Below the pieces are notes generated by a model. That model ran no database searches. It worked only from the letters and a program-made list of their open reading frames with translations, and was not told the origin of the DNA. This document shows, in pieces, positions 46,261-55,833 of a stretch of DNA of 64,000 nucleotides; position 1 is the first letter of the stretch; every line of letters begins with the position of its first letter. Position numbers and translations under genes: made by a program. The stretch covers positions 1 through 64,000 of IMG/VR virus record IMGVR_UViG_3300047357_000359. One strand, 5' to 3'. Source of the stretch: a virus.

Positions 46261-47364
46261 ATGGCAAAGACAGTATTTAATCGTGAAGCTGTAGACTTCA
46301 CAAAGCAACATATGTTCTTCGGAGCAGATCAAAACACACAGAGATACGATACATTTCGTTTCCCTGTATTTGACAAACTTAACCAAACAATGCTTGGTTA
46401 CTTTTGGCGTCCTGAGGAAGTATCGTTACAAAAAGATAGAGCTGACTTCCAAAACTTTCGTCCAGAAGAAAAACACATTTTTACAAGTAACCTAAAGTAT
46501 CAAACACTACTAGATAGTGTACAAGGAAGAGGACCATGTCTTGCTTTCTTGCCTCATGTATCTTTACCAGAACTAGAAGGTTGTATTGTTACTTGGGACT
46601 TCTTTGAAACTATTCACTCACGTAGTTATACACACATTATGAAGAATGTATATCCTAATCCAAGTGAAGTATTAGATCATATTTTAAATGACGATGAAAT
46701 TATTAAACGTGCAGTTAGTGTAACTAAAAACTATGATGCATTTACAGGTGCGGCAGACGCATTCATTCATCGTAAAGAAGGAACCATGCGTGACGTTAAG
46801 AAAAAAATGTTCCTTGCTATGATGAACGTAAACATCTTAGAAGGATTACGTTTTTATGTTTCGTTTGCATGTACATTTGCATTTGGTGAGCTAAAGAAAA
46901 TGGAAGGCTCAGCAAAGATTATTAGTCTTATTGCTCGTGATGAAAGTCAACACCTTGCATTAAGTTCACACGTTCTTAAGAATTGGATGCGTGGCGATGA
47001 CGATCCAGAGATGGCTAAGATTGCAAAAGAATGTGAAGCAGAAGTTTATGAAATGTGGAAGGCATGTGTTAACGAAGAAAAAGCATGGGCTAAACATTTA
47101 ATGAAAGACGGATCAATTATTGGTCTGAACGAAAGACTGTTAGGCGATTACGTAGAGTACATTGCCAACCGTAGGCTTAAAGCATTAGGATACTCAACTA
47201 TCTTTGATGCATCATCAACCCAAAACCCGCTACCGTGGACACAACATTGGCTATCTAGCTCAGGCTTGCAAGTTGCACCTCAAGAGACAGAAGTTGAAAG
47301 TTATATCATCGGTGGGATTAAACAAGACGTGTCAACAGACAGTCTAAAAGGATTTAAACTATAA
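46261..47364 (+). CDS. nrdB: Class Ia ribonucleotide reductase beta subunit
   Basis: FWRPEE, LDSVQ, ETIHSRSY, LEG.RFYVSF, RDESQH, APQE.E..SY. Confidence 0.97.
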   Translation: MAKTVFNREAVDFTKQHMFFGADQNTQRYDTFRFPVFDKLNQTMLGYFWRPEEVSLQKDRADFQNFRPEEKHIFTSNLKYQTLLDSVQGRGPCLAFLPHVSLPELEGCIVTWDFFETIHSRSYTHIMKNVYPNPSEVLDHILNDDEIIKRAVSVTKNYDAFTGAADAFIHRKEGTMRDVKKKMFLAMMNVNILEGLRFYVSFACTFAFGELKKMEGSAKIISLIARDESQHLALSSHVLKNWMRGDDDPEMAKIAKECEAEVYEMWKACVNEEKAWAKHLMKDGSIIGLNERLLGDYVEYIANRRLKALGYSTIFDASSTQNPLPWTQHWLSSSGLQVAPQETEVESYIIGGIKQDVSTDSLKGFKL

Positions 47365-47627
47365 TGCAAAAGGCAGACAACAACACCACAGTAGTATATT
47401 CAAAACCAAATTGTAGCTATTGTGTAAAAGCAAAACATCTATTAAAAAGTAAAGGCGTAGACTTTATCGAAATGATTATTGGTAAAGACATTCCAGTTGA
47501 ACAGTTGATGGAAGAATTCAAAGTTAATAATCTTCCAATGCCACGAACTGCTCCGCAAATTATTTTCAAGGGTAAGTATATGGGTGGTTATCACGAATTA
47601 GAAAAACACTTAGAAACTGGAGAATAA
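47364..47627 (+). CDS. nrdC: Glutaredoxin
   Basis: YSKPNCSYC...TAPQI...GGY. Confidence 0.9.
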   Translation: MQKADNNTTVVYSKPNCSYCVKAKHLLKSKGVDFIEMIIGKDIPVEQLMEEFKVNNLPMPRTAPQIIFKGKYMGGYHELEKHLETGE

Positions 47628-47630
47628 TAT

Positions 47631-47948
47631 ATGTTAATTGAAGCACCTTACAAAAAAGGCGATATTGTTACTATTAAACTTATGTCAGGCGAAGAGCTTG
47701 TAGGTAGGTTTGAAAAAGAAGATGATAAACAAATCCAACTTCATTATCCACTAACACTAGTTGCTAGTGAAAAAGGTATTGGCTTACAACAGTTCTTGTT
47801 TACAGCAGAAGTAAACAGAAGCTATACTGTTAAGCATACTGCTATTTCTTTATGTGTACCTACTGCAAAACAGTTTGCTGAAGCATACGAAAAACAAACA
47901 TCACCAATCATCAAAGCACCTGCAGGATTAGCTGACATCATTAAATAG
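47631..47948 (+). CDS. Sm-like fold phage protein
   Basis: GDIVTIKL.SGEELVG pattern. Confidence 0.6.
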   Translation: MLIEAPYKKGDIVTIKLMSGEELVGRFEKEDDKQIQLHYPLTLVASEKGIGLQQFLFTAEVNRSYTVKHTAISLCVPTAKQFAEAYEKQTSPIIKAPAGLADIIK

Positions 47949-47979
47949 CAGATAAATACTTTGTAAGAGGAGTATTAAT

Positions 47980-48945
47980 ATGCCAGAAATGATTTATAGA
48001 CGTATTCAAGACAATGGTAGTATTGTTAACTTTAATGTTGAAAAAGAAGGTACACCATTTATTATTGTTACATATTTAGGAAAAGAAACAAGGGTACATG
48101 GCCCACAAGCCGCTCTTGATAAAAAGTTTGCAGGTGGAACACCTAAGTATGTTGATGATACTGTAGATGCTAAAGCAGTTAAACTTGAAACTGCCTGTGA
48201 TGCTACAATGGCAACTGCAACAGATGCCTGTGCAGTTATGGGTAGTATTGGTTCATTAGCACCTGATGTTGAAACAGCTATATCAGCCTCCGAAACAGAA
48301 GAAAAAATTAACGAGTTACTAACAGAGTCTATGGACGTGGCAGGTGAGGCAACTGAAAAGATTTCTGAAATCAATACTAACATTACAGATGCAACAGCTA
48401 AGACAGAAGAAGTTAATGCTCTTATCGAACGTTTAGAAGCAATAGAACTTGACGATGATACTCCGGATCCGCAACTGTACACAGTAGCAAGAGAAGAATT
48501 AGAAACTGCCTTAGACAATTATATTAATGGTGTGTCTGAGACAATGAACGACTTAAATGAAGTACTAGGTGATGAAGCACCAGACGTTGGACAAGAGATT
48601 AACGATGCGTGTGCAGTAGTGTCAGAAAACATTGGTGCATGTCAAGGTGAACTAAGTGCAATGGTTGCCGCAGTTAAAACAGGTAACTGTAAAGGAATAA
48701 CAACTGCACTACAAAATACAAAGTTTACACCTAGTGGACAAGCAGGTGAGATTAAAGAGAAAATGAAAAGCGATGTTCCGGCACAAACAAGAACTATACA
48801 ATCAAATGGTAGTATTGTTAACTGGAATATTGACAAGAAGAAACCTTTCAGAGATGTTATGCACCAAGGTAAGCTAACAAGAGTATATGCTACAACAGAA
48901 CAACTAGACAAAGCATTTCCTGAATCAATATTGGTAGCAGTATAA
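47980..48945 (+). CDS. Protein with two terminal copies of a roughly 45-aa IVNFNV repeat around an acidic helical core
   Basis: IQDNGSIVNFNV...TRVHG..LDKKF and IQSNGSIVNWNI...TRVY...LDKAF. Confidence 0.75.
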   Translation: MPEMIYRRIQDNGSIVNFNVEKEGTPFIIVTYLGKETRVHGPQAALDKKFAGGTPKYVDDTVDAKAVKLETACDATMATATDACAVMGSIGSLAPDVETAISASETEEKINELLTESMDVAGEATEKISEINTNITDATAKTEEVNALIERLEAIELDDDTPDPQLYTVAREELETALDNYINGVSETMNDLNEVLGDEAPDVGQEINDACAVVSENIGACQGELSAMVAAVKTGNCKGITTALQNTKFTPSGQAGEIKEKMKSDVPAQTRTIQSNGSIVNWNIDKKKPFRDVMHQGKLTRVYATTEQLDKAFPESILVAV

Positions 48946-49592
48946 TGAGTGCTATACCTAAAGTTCAATTAAAAGCTAACAGTCAACTTGTTAACTTTAA
49001 TGTTAATACTAAGTTGAATAGTGAAATCAAAGTTATAAATGGTGTAGAAACAGAAGTGTTTGGTGATCCTTCAATGATTGCTGAACGATTTCCTGACCTA
49101 CCAGAAGCATCGTTACCCGACTTTGGCATTCCTGATCCTGCGGCAGACTTACCTGTAATACCATCTGATCTAGGTGGACTTATACCAGATTCAATTAAAA
49201 ATGCTACAGCTAACAAATTAGAACTAGCTAAACAATCAACAGCAAGTGCAAGTTCTAAGATAGGTAATTTGTTTACTAGCTTTGCTGGTTTAGATACAAG
49301 AAAGATATCTGAACTTGCATCATTAGGAGAACTAGAAGCAAAGATTCATAACGCTAAAGTATTACTTGGTGATGTTCCTGCATCAGCAGAACCTAAGTCA
49401 GCTGAACCAAGTAACAAGCCTGCGAAGTCATTACAGATACAAAGCGGTGGTGGCATTGTTAACTTTAATGTTAATAAGAAACTTCCGTACAAAGATGTTA
49501 TGTATGATTACATGAGCGAAGGTTTAAAACTGTACAGAATATACGGTACACAAGCACAACTAGATTCACAATTTCCAACAGGGTCAGCATAG
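48945..49592 (+). CDS. Protein with two terminal copies of the same IVNFNV repeat
   Basis: SQLVNFNV...EVFG..IAERFP and IQSGGGIVNFNV...RIYG..LDSQFP. Confidence 0.75.
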   Translation: MSAIPKVQLKANSQLVNFNVNTKLNSEIKVINGVETEVFGDPSMIAERFPDLPEASLPDFGIPDPAADLPVIPSDLGGLIPDSIKNATANKLELAKQSTASASSKIGNLFTSFAGLDTRKISELASLGELEAKIHNAKVLLGDVPASAEPKSAEPSNKPAKSLQIQSGGGIVNFNVNKKLPYKDVMYDYMSEGLKLYRIYGTQAQLDSQFPTGSA

Positions 49593-50642
49593 ATGGGACA
49601 ACCAATAGCAAGAATTGGCGACAGGACACAAGGTACTTGTTATCATCCTAGTCATCCACCTTTAGACATTGGTGGTACTATTATAACAGGTAGTCCGAAC
49701 GTGTTTACTAACAACATTCCTACAGCAAGACTAGGAGACCTAGTTGAAACTGACTGTGGGCATATAGGTAAAATTATAACAGGATCAACAATAGACATTA
49801 CTAATGAGTTACTTACAGCAAGGATTGGTGATGTAATTGATACAGACGCTCCTTACAAGGCAGTTATTGTTACAGGTAGTACAGACGTAGCAGGTGATCC
49901 ACAAGCAACAGCAGAAGAACAAGCGAACGCAATAGGTAACGTAGTTGCACAAGCAATGGGCTTTGAAAAGGTTACACTTGATCCAGTAGAAGCCGCAGAC
50001 ATTATTATTGGTCGTAAGATTGAAAGAGATAACGGAGTTGATCCAGATACAACAGAAGCAGTAGAATATGGCGATGGTGGTATTCCAACTGCTAGACGTG
50101 GTAATGAAAGTCCTGTACTTACAGGTGGAGAATCCGGAGTAACAAATACAGCAGGACCACAACCGGCTCCAGCAAGTTCATCGTCAGATGGAGAGTTAGT
50201 TGAAGAAGTTCCAAGTAAACAACCATCAAATGCAGATGGACAATTTATTAAATGGTTACCACACGTTGACAGTAGAGTGAAACCACAAGTTGTAACAGGC
50301 TTAGAAAGAATATCTAGAGAGATGGGTTTCCAATTAGTTTGTACTAGTGGATATAGAAGTCCAGAATACAATTCAAGAGTTGGTGGATCTAAGAAAAGTC
50401 AACACATGTTAGGAAATGCTGTCGACATTGTTCAGACAGGACTAACAACAGCACAACGTCAAAAGTTCATTCAAGCGGCTATTGACGCAGGGTTTACTGC
50501 AATTGGCATATACAATACATTTACGCACATTGATATTAGAGGTGCAAAAGTGGCTTGGGGTTCCAATGGAAGTAGAACTGGCCTACCAAAATATCCATGG
50601 GCACAACAGACCTTAAAAGCTAATGGATATGCTACTAGTTAA
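49593..50642 (+). CDS. PAAR spike-tip protein fused to M15-family Zn peptidase
   Basis: PIARIGD, PTARLGD, LTARIGD with C/H ligands; C-terminal TSGYRS..YN..VGG...SQH..G.AVD...GIY..F.HID.R. Confidence 0.85.
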   Translation: MGQPIARIGDRTQGTCYHPSHPPLDIGGTIITGSPNVFTNNIPTARLGDLVETDCGHIGKIITGSTIDITNELLTARIGDVIDTDAPYKAVIVTGSTDVAGDPQATAEEQANAIGNVVAQAMGFEKVTLDPVEAADIIIGRKIERDNGVDPDTTEAVEYGDGGIPTARRGNESPVLTGGESGVTNTAGPQPAPASSSSDGELVEEVPSKQPSNADGQFIKWLPHVDSRVKPQVVTGLERISREMGFQLVCTSGYRSPEYNSRVGGSKKSQHMLGNAVDIVQTGLTTAQRQKFIQAAIDAGFTAIGIYNTFTHIDIRGAKVAWGSNGSRTGLPKYPWAQQTLKANGYATS

Positions 50643-50745
50643 ACCACTTTAAAGATAAATGCACTCAAAGATAGCATAAATAAGCTCGAAGACTCTCCCG
50701 GAGTCTTTTTATGTTATAATATAGATAAGGATATAATAAAATAAA

Positions 50746-51819
50746 ATGAAAAAAGTAACGATGGTGTTAGCCGTCTTGTTCGCAACTCTTGCGACAGGAA
50801 CCTTGGCTGACGATGCAGGTCTCGAAAGTAGAGTACAGGCCCTTGAAAGTAGTATGCCAAATTTACCAGCTGGACTTTATGTCAATGGTGAAATTGAGGG
50901 TATATATGACGATAAAACTTATGACTCTGGTTGGGACTCACGTGCTGAATTGCAAGTTGGTATTAGCCAAGACTTAGATATTGACAAGAACATGCTTAAC
51001 CTTAACTGGGTTGGTGCAACTATGACGTATGATAGTGATTATGCATTAGATAGTACTCTTGACAATACTATTGTTGAAAAGCAATTAGGTTTTGGTAATG
51101 ACTTCGCAACAATCTATGTTGGTGAAACTGATGCACAACGCATTGGCTTTGCAAAAACATCAAAGATTGGAGCACCAATTATCATTACTGAATCAAGTAG
51201 TAGGTTGGATCACAATGAAAAGACTGTTTTAGTATTAGGCGGATTTGAAAAAGAAACTGAATTCGAATTTGATGCGTACAGACTTAAAAGAGAAAAGCCA
51301 TGGGGTGTAGTTGTTGGTTACGATAACAACGAAGACTCATTGTATGCAAGTGCAACAGTTAGCTTATTAGGTTTAGCTGATGTATCATACATGATCATTG
51401 ACACAACTGCGGCAGGTTCAGCAAGTTACACAACAGACACTCGTCAAGAAGGATACGCTATTGGCGGAACACTTCGTAGATGGGATATCCCAATGCAATG
51501 GGGTGTTGAGTTGTGGGACGACAAAGACACAGGTCTTGCAAGTGATGACAGAATTGATATGGGTGTAATGTATAATGTTACTCCAGCAACTTATGTTACT
51601 GCTCATAGAACTATGAATGATGACTTAGGTTACGATGGTAACTATTACGGTGTTGTTCATAACGTGTATGCTAACTATGACGCTGGCAAACGTGCTGATA
51701 AGCAAGATGGATTAGAGATTGGTTTATATCTACACGATAAGAGTGGAACATCAACTATCACTGGTGCAGATTATGCTGATACAACATCAATCCTGGGATC
51801 TGTGAAATATAAATTCTAA
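50746..51819 (+). CDS. Porin-like outer-membrane beta-barrel protein
   Basis: Signal peptide, short coil (LESRVQALE), amphipathic strands, C-terminal VKYKF beta-signal. Confidence 0.7.
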   Translation: MKKVTMVLAVLFATLATGTLADDAGLESRVQALESSMPNLPAGLYVNGEIEGIYDDKTYDSGWDSRAELQVGISQDLDIDKNMLNLNWVGATMTYDSDYALDSTLDNTIVEKQLGFGNDFATIYVGETDAQRIGFAKTSKIGAPIIITESSSRLDHNEKTVLVLGGFEKETEFEFDAYRLKREKPWGVVVGYDNNEDSLYASATVSLLGLADVSYMIIDTTAAGSASYTTDTRQEGYAIGGTLRRWDIPMQWGVELWDDKDTGLASDDRIDMGVMYNVTPATYVTAHRTMNDDLGYDGNYYGVVHNVYANYDAGKRADKQDGLEIGLYLHDKSGTSTITGADYADTTSILGSVKYKF

Positions 51820-51888
51820 ACCACATTTAACACGCCTTAAATGCTATGATAGTAAATAAAAGCGTGTTAAACACAATAGGAGATAATT

Positions 51889-52068
51889 ATGTCACAACAT
51901 CACGAAGCGATTAAAGCGGCAATGGAATCATACTTAGCTGAAAGCGAGTCTTTCGAAACTAAGGGTGTTAAAGCGGCCGCGGCAAGAGCAAGAAAAGCAC
52001 TAGGTGAACTTGGTAAACTTACTAAGGCAAGACGTGCTGAAATTCAGGAAAAAAAGAACTCAATGTAG
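51889..52068 (+). CDS. Histone H1-like (Hc1-type) small protein (59 aa, not in ORF track)
   Basis: F..KGVKAAAARARKAL.EL.KL.K.RR; AGGAG SD; own terminator. Confidence 0.75.
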   Translation: MSQHHEAIKAAMESYLAESESFETKGVKAAAARARKALGELGKLTKARRAEIQEKKNSM

Positions 52069-52076
52069 TTTATAAT

Positions 52077-52112
52077 ATAGCACGGCCCCTCAAAAGGCCG
52101 TGCTATTTTTTT
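52077..52112 (+). terminator. Intrinsic terminator
   Basis: ATAGCACGGCC...GGCCGTGCTAT followed by a T-tract. Confidence 0.85.
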
Positions 52113-52196
52113 GGCTTAATTTTGACATAAAGCTATAAATACACTATACAACAGTAGCAATAATTAACATTGTTATATTAAGGAAATAATAAACTT

Positions 52197-52424
52197 ATGA
52201 GCGATAGAATACATGGCATTCTAAAGTGGTTTGATGCGAAAAAAGGTTACGGATTTATTACTCCGTCATCCGGTGGACAAGATGTGTTTGTACATGTCAG
52301 TGCTTTTAACGCCGCACAGATTACAAATATCCAAAACAAGATGCAACTTGAATTTGAAATGGTTGATAACCGTGGACGAATGATAGCTGGTAACTTGGCA
52401 ATACCCGACAGTTTTAATAGGTAA
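52197..52424 (+). CDS. Cold-shock domain protein
   Basis: G.LKWFD.KKGYGFI...DVFVH.SA (RNP1/RNP2). Confidence 0.92.
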   Translation: MSDRIHGILKWFDAKKGYGFITPSSGGQDVFVHVSAFNAAQITNIQNKMQLEFEMVDNRGRMIAGNLAIPDSFNR

Positions 52425-52427
52425 CAA

Positions 52428-52682
52428 TTAACGTAAGGCTTGTTTAGCCTTTAATGCCGCTCTCTTCTTCTCAGCTTCAATTGATTGTCTTACTTTTCTA
52501 CCCCAAGGTAATTTAATTGTTTCTGCAATTTCTTTACCTTTCTTACTGATATACTCAACACCAATAAACATATCTTTGAAGTCACTTTGCACAGCCTTAA
52601 CTGCTCTTGTTAAACTTAATTGCTCTGTATCTTTTTCATCACCTGCTTCATTCCAAAAATGGAACTTTCTCATTTTAGCCAT
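52428..52682 (-). CDS. Small basic hypothetical protein
   Basis: 84-aa ORF, divergent from 52722. Confidence 0.7.
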   Translation of the reverse strand: MAKMRKFHFWNEAGDEKDTEQLSLTRAVKAVQSDFKDMFIGVEYISKKGKEIAETIKLPWGRKVRQSIEAEKKRAALKAKQALR

Positions 52683-52721
52683 AACGACCTTTCTTTTAGT
52701 TTCTACTTATTAAATATAGAC

Positions 52722-53027
52722 ATGAAGTGTACTAAAGGCGACTTAGCCCAAATCATATATTCAGTACGTCCTGAGAATATTGGACGAATTGTCAAATGCG
52801 TAGATTATATTGGTAAATTCAAACAAGGAGAACAGTTTGAGTTTAGAGGTATGCCCTGCCAATGCCCTGTTACAGATCACTATTGGTGGATTGAAGCAGA
52901 AGACTTATCAAGCCTGTTTGGACCTAGCCCAAGAGCATACATTGCCGACAGTTGGTTAGAGCCTTTAAAGAATCCAAATTCCAAAACAAAAGAAAAAGTA
53001 GAAAAAGAACTTGACATAGCCGCATAA
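52722..53027 (+). CDS. Hypothetical protein
   Basis: MKC.KGDLA.I...N.G.IV...D.WL.P. Confidence 0.7.
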   Translation: MKCTKGDLAQIIYSVRPENIGRIVKCVDYIGKFKQGEQFEFRGMPCQCPVTDHYWWIEAEDLSSLFGPSPRAYIADSWLEPLKNPNSKTKEKVEKELDIAA

Positions 53028-53048
53028 TGAGTGTATAAATATACTCAT

Positions 53049-53310
53049 AACGTTGAAGCAATTCAAACGCTATACAGGACTCGGGGGCAGTACCCGACGC
53101 CTCCACCATAAACACATTAAGCACAGGAGTGTGCTTATGATGGGGGCGAACTAGGATCGACTGGTAGTTAATAGAGTTAGTGGAGTTATCCGGATCTAAG
53201 CACGGTTATCGCGAAGAAAACTACAGACGCAAACGAAAACTTTGCTCTTGCGGCCTAGTAATTAACTAGGTTACGGGGTTGGCAACTTACCTGGCAACAG
53301 AAAAGTTGCG
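53049..53310 (+). ncRNA. ssrA: Circularly permuted two-piece tmRNA (alphaproteobacterial type), tag ANENFALAA
   Basis: Acceptor piece ...TCGGG-GGCAGTA-CCCGA-CGCCTCC-ACCA ends at 53108; coding piece starts GGGGGCG at 53142 (G3:U70); tag ORF 53229-53258; outer boundaries approximate. Confidence 0.92.
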
Positions 53311-53330
53311 TTTTTACTATTGGGGGCAAT

Positions 53331-53519
53331 GTGAAAGAACCTGGGCAAACAACACAAGATGCTATTAAAGATCTAAAGATGGTTATAATGTCTTTAGGAA
53401 TAACATTTTCAGTACTAATGTTCTTTGAGCCAGAAGACCCAGAGACAGTAGGTTTCTTAGTTGGCCTTCCTAGCTACATAATACTTCGTTGGTTACAGTT
53501 AGAAAATATTGGCTTATAG
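53331..53519 (+). CDS. Small membrane protein
   Basis: 62-aa ORF, GTG start. Confidence 0.45.
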   Translation: MKEPGQTTQDAIKDLKMVIMSLGITFSVLMFFEPEDPETVGFLVGLPSYIILRWLQLENIGL

Positions 53520-53586
53520 ACACAGCCTATTAGACTTAGGCATTTTTCTGTGTTATAATAATTTAAATATAGCATAAGGAGAAAAC

Positions 53587-54642
53587 ATGCCACCACGTAA
53601 TCATAAGAGTTGGTTAGCACAACCAAACGTAGAATCAATCAGCAGTTCAGCATATAACGATCCAGAAATATTTGCACAAGAGCAAGAACGTATCTTTAGT
53701 AAAGTATGGGTACCTATGTGCCACATCTCTGAGATGTATAACAAACTAGACTACCGAACAACACAGATAGCAGGTGTTAATGTTATTGCATACAACACAG
53801 GCGATGGTGTTCGAGCATATCGTAACTATGGCAGTTGGGCACCTAGTGGTACTCTTGGAGCACCTATTGTAACTGTTGAACCACAGTTGCATTGTGAAGT
53901 AAAGCACGGAGGCATGGTATGGGTAACACTTGATCCTAATCCAACGCAGAGTGTTGAGGAATGGACAGCAGGTGCATTTGATTGTATTGCTGATGCTATT
54001 GACACAGAAGAAATGGAAGTGTTTCATTATCACAAAGCAATTATAAATACCAATTATAAGTTATGGCATGATACCAATAGTGAATTCTATCACGACTTCA
54101 TGCACTACTTCAATAGAGTAAGTGGGTTCAATGATGAGTACTTCGCACGTAAGAATATACCTTTTGATAATGGGCATGTTAATGTGTCTAGTTTTACTGT
54201 CAACTATGAGGAGTACGAAGGCTTTGAAGATAGAGGAGAATTATCATTCCCAAACTTGCCACCCAATCAATGGTACATGGTTGATCTGTTCCCTGGATTC
54301 AACTTCAACCTTCGAGGCTCCGCCTACCGTAGTGATTCAGTTACTCCCCTAAGTTGTAACAAAGTTCTTATTGAGTTTAGAGGTTATGGACTGCGTAAGG
54401 ATACACCTGAAGAAAGACTAACACGTATCAAACATCACAACAGCATATGGGGACCGTTTGGACGTAACCTACATGAAGACCTAATTGGTGTAGCAGGACA
54501 AGGTACTACAATGCGTGAAGGTACAGAAGCACGTAACATATTACATGGTAGACATGAAAATGGAACTATACATGATGAAGTAGGTATGCGTCATTACTAT
54601 TCAGAATGGGGCAAGTATTTGGATGTTGACCCGTATCAGTAA
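53587..54642 (+). CDS. Ring-hydroxylating oxygenase alpha-subunit-like protein (MsmA-like) lacking Rieske ligands
   Basis: Y.DPEIF.QE.ERIF.KVW; NYKLWHDTNSEFYHDFMH; HED; no CxH...CxxH. Confidence 0.75.
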   Translation: MPPRNHKSWLAQPNVESISSSAYNDPEIFAQEQERIFSKVWVPMCHISEMYNKLDYRTTQIAGVNVIAYNTGDGVRAYRNYGSWAPSGTLGAPIVTVEPQLHCEVKHGGMVWVTLDPNPTQSVEEWTAGAFDCIADAIDTEEMEVFHYHKAIINTNYKLWHDTNSEFYHDFMHYFNRVSGFNDEYFARKNIPFDNGHVNVSSFTVNYEEYEGFEDRGELSFPNLPPNQWYMVDLFPGFNFNLRGSAYRSDSVTPLSCNKVLIEFRGYGLRKDTPEERLTRIKHHNSIWGPFGRNLHEDLIGVAGQGTTMREGTEARNILHGRHENGTIHDEVGMRHYYSEWGKYLDVDPYQ

Positions 54643-54721
54643 ATTGGTAAACTAACTCTTGACATAATGTTAACTCTGCGTTACAATAATAGTATTAAAG
54701 TAAAGTAGAGGTAACATTATT

Positions 54722-55174
54722 ATGACTATGAGTTTGGTACGTGGAATGACTTCCCTTAATACTAAGAAACGTAAAGCTACCAAGATGACTAAAGGCAGAC
54801 TCGAACGTCTTGTCAAAGAGCATCGTGAACATAATAAGTCTATGAAACGTATTCATGCACACAGTAATATAATGACATTTGATGAATATGTTGAATACGT
54901 AAGTGGTAACTTTAAACCCAAAACAAAAACATCTACTAAGGCATGGACTTGGGAAGGTCCAAAAGTACGTGAAACAGAATACATTCCTAGTCGTGTTACT
55001 AAGGATAGTTTCGCTCCAGCAACCAAAAAAGAATCTATGCAATACACAGGTGAACGTAAACTTGTAGGTATTGCTATGATGCATAAAAGTAACTTGGTTC
55101 CTGTGTTTGCAGACGACGATGACAAAACAGGATCAAAACAAGCAACTGAAATCGCACAGATGAGGAGAAATTAA
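54722..55174 (+). CDS. Conserved T4-like phage hypothetical protein
   Basis: YTG..LVGIA.MHKSNLVPV...IA.MRR; promoter TTGACA-N17-TACAAT at 54659. Confidence 0.75.
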   Translation: MTMSLVRGMTSLNTKKRKATKMTKGRLERLVKEHREHNKSMKRIHAHSNIMTFDEYVEYVSGNFKPKTKTSTKAWTWEGPKVRETEYIPSRVTKDSFAPATKKESMQYTGERKLVGIAMMHKSNLVPVFADDDDKTGSKQATEIAQMRRN

Positions 55175-55352
55175 AATGGTTGAATTTATTGGTTTTGCAC
55201 TTGTAGTTCGATTATTGAACGCACAAGATTTACTAATGATTTGTGTGGCAAATTGTGGTTAAACATTTTGGTAAACAAAAGGTTGACCATTTGAATTAAT
55301 GGTGCTATAGTATATACATAATTAACAAATAGGCAAAAATAGGAGGCTTATA

Positions 55353-55832
55353 ATGAAGGCAATAATGAAACTAGCAATGGCAGGTACCCTAGTATCTATG
55401 TTGGGTGCTTGTTCAAGTATGACTACCATTGCTGAAAGAGACACGTATGCACAACCTAAGTGGTATGCATCATGTGCCCAAGCAGGAACCGAAGGTTGGT
55501 TCTGGTGGAAAGAAGAGTATGCATATGCATGTGGGGCAGGAGAAAGTATTTTCCAACAAGCCGCAGAAGAGCAAATGTATGCTATTGCAATGAATAACTT
55601 TGCAAAACGTATTAATGGTAGAGTGAATAGTGAAACAACTATGAATTTTACAAATGATACTAAAGATACAAACACGTTTATTTCGTACAAGGTAAATGAT
55701 ACGGCAATTACACAACACCTTGAAGAAGAACGTTCAACGTTTGTATATGCAGGTAAACAGTATACCTTTGTCAAACTAAGAATGCCAAAGGCAGTATTCG
55801 ATTCACTCGTAGCACAATCAAAGAGTCAGTAA
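55353..55832 (+). CDS. Lipoprotein (LPP20-like)
   Basis: Lipobox LGAC; P.WY...Y..G.G.S...A...A. Confidence 0.75.
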   Translation: MKAIMKLAMAGTLVSMLGACSSMTTIAERDTYAQPKWYASCAQAGTEGWFWWKEEYAYACGAGESIFQQAAEEQMYAIAMNNFAKRINGRVNSETTMNFTNDTKDTNTFISYKVNDTAITQHLEEERSTFVYAGKQYTFVKLRMPKAVFDSLVAQSKSQ

Positions 55833-55833
55833 C

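Noticed and set aside
43840-47364. Introns or inteins in nrdA/nrdB
   Set aside because: Both ORFs are continuous and of normal length with no homing-endonuclease insertion.
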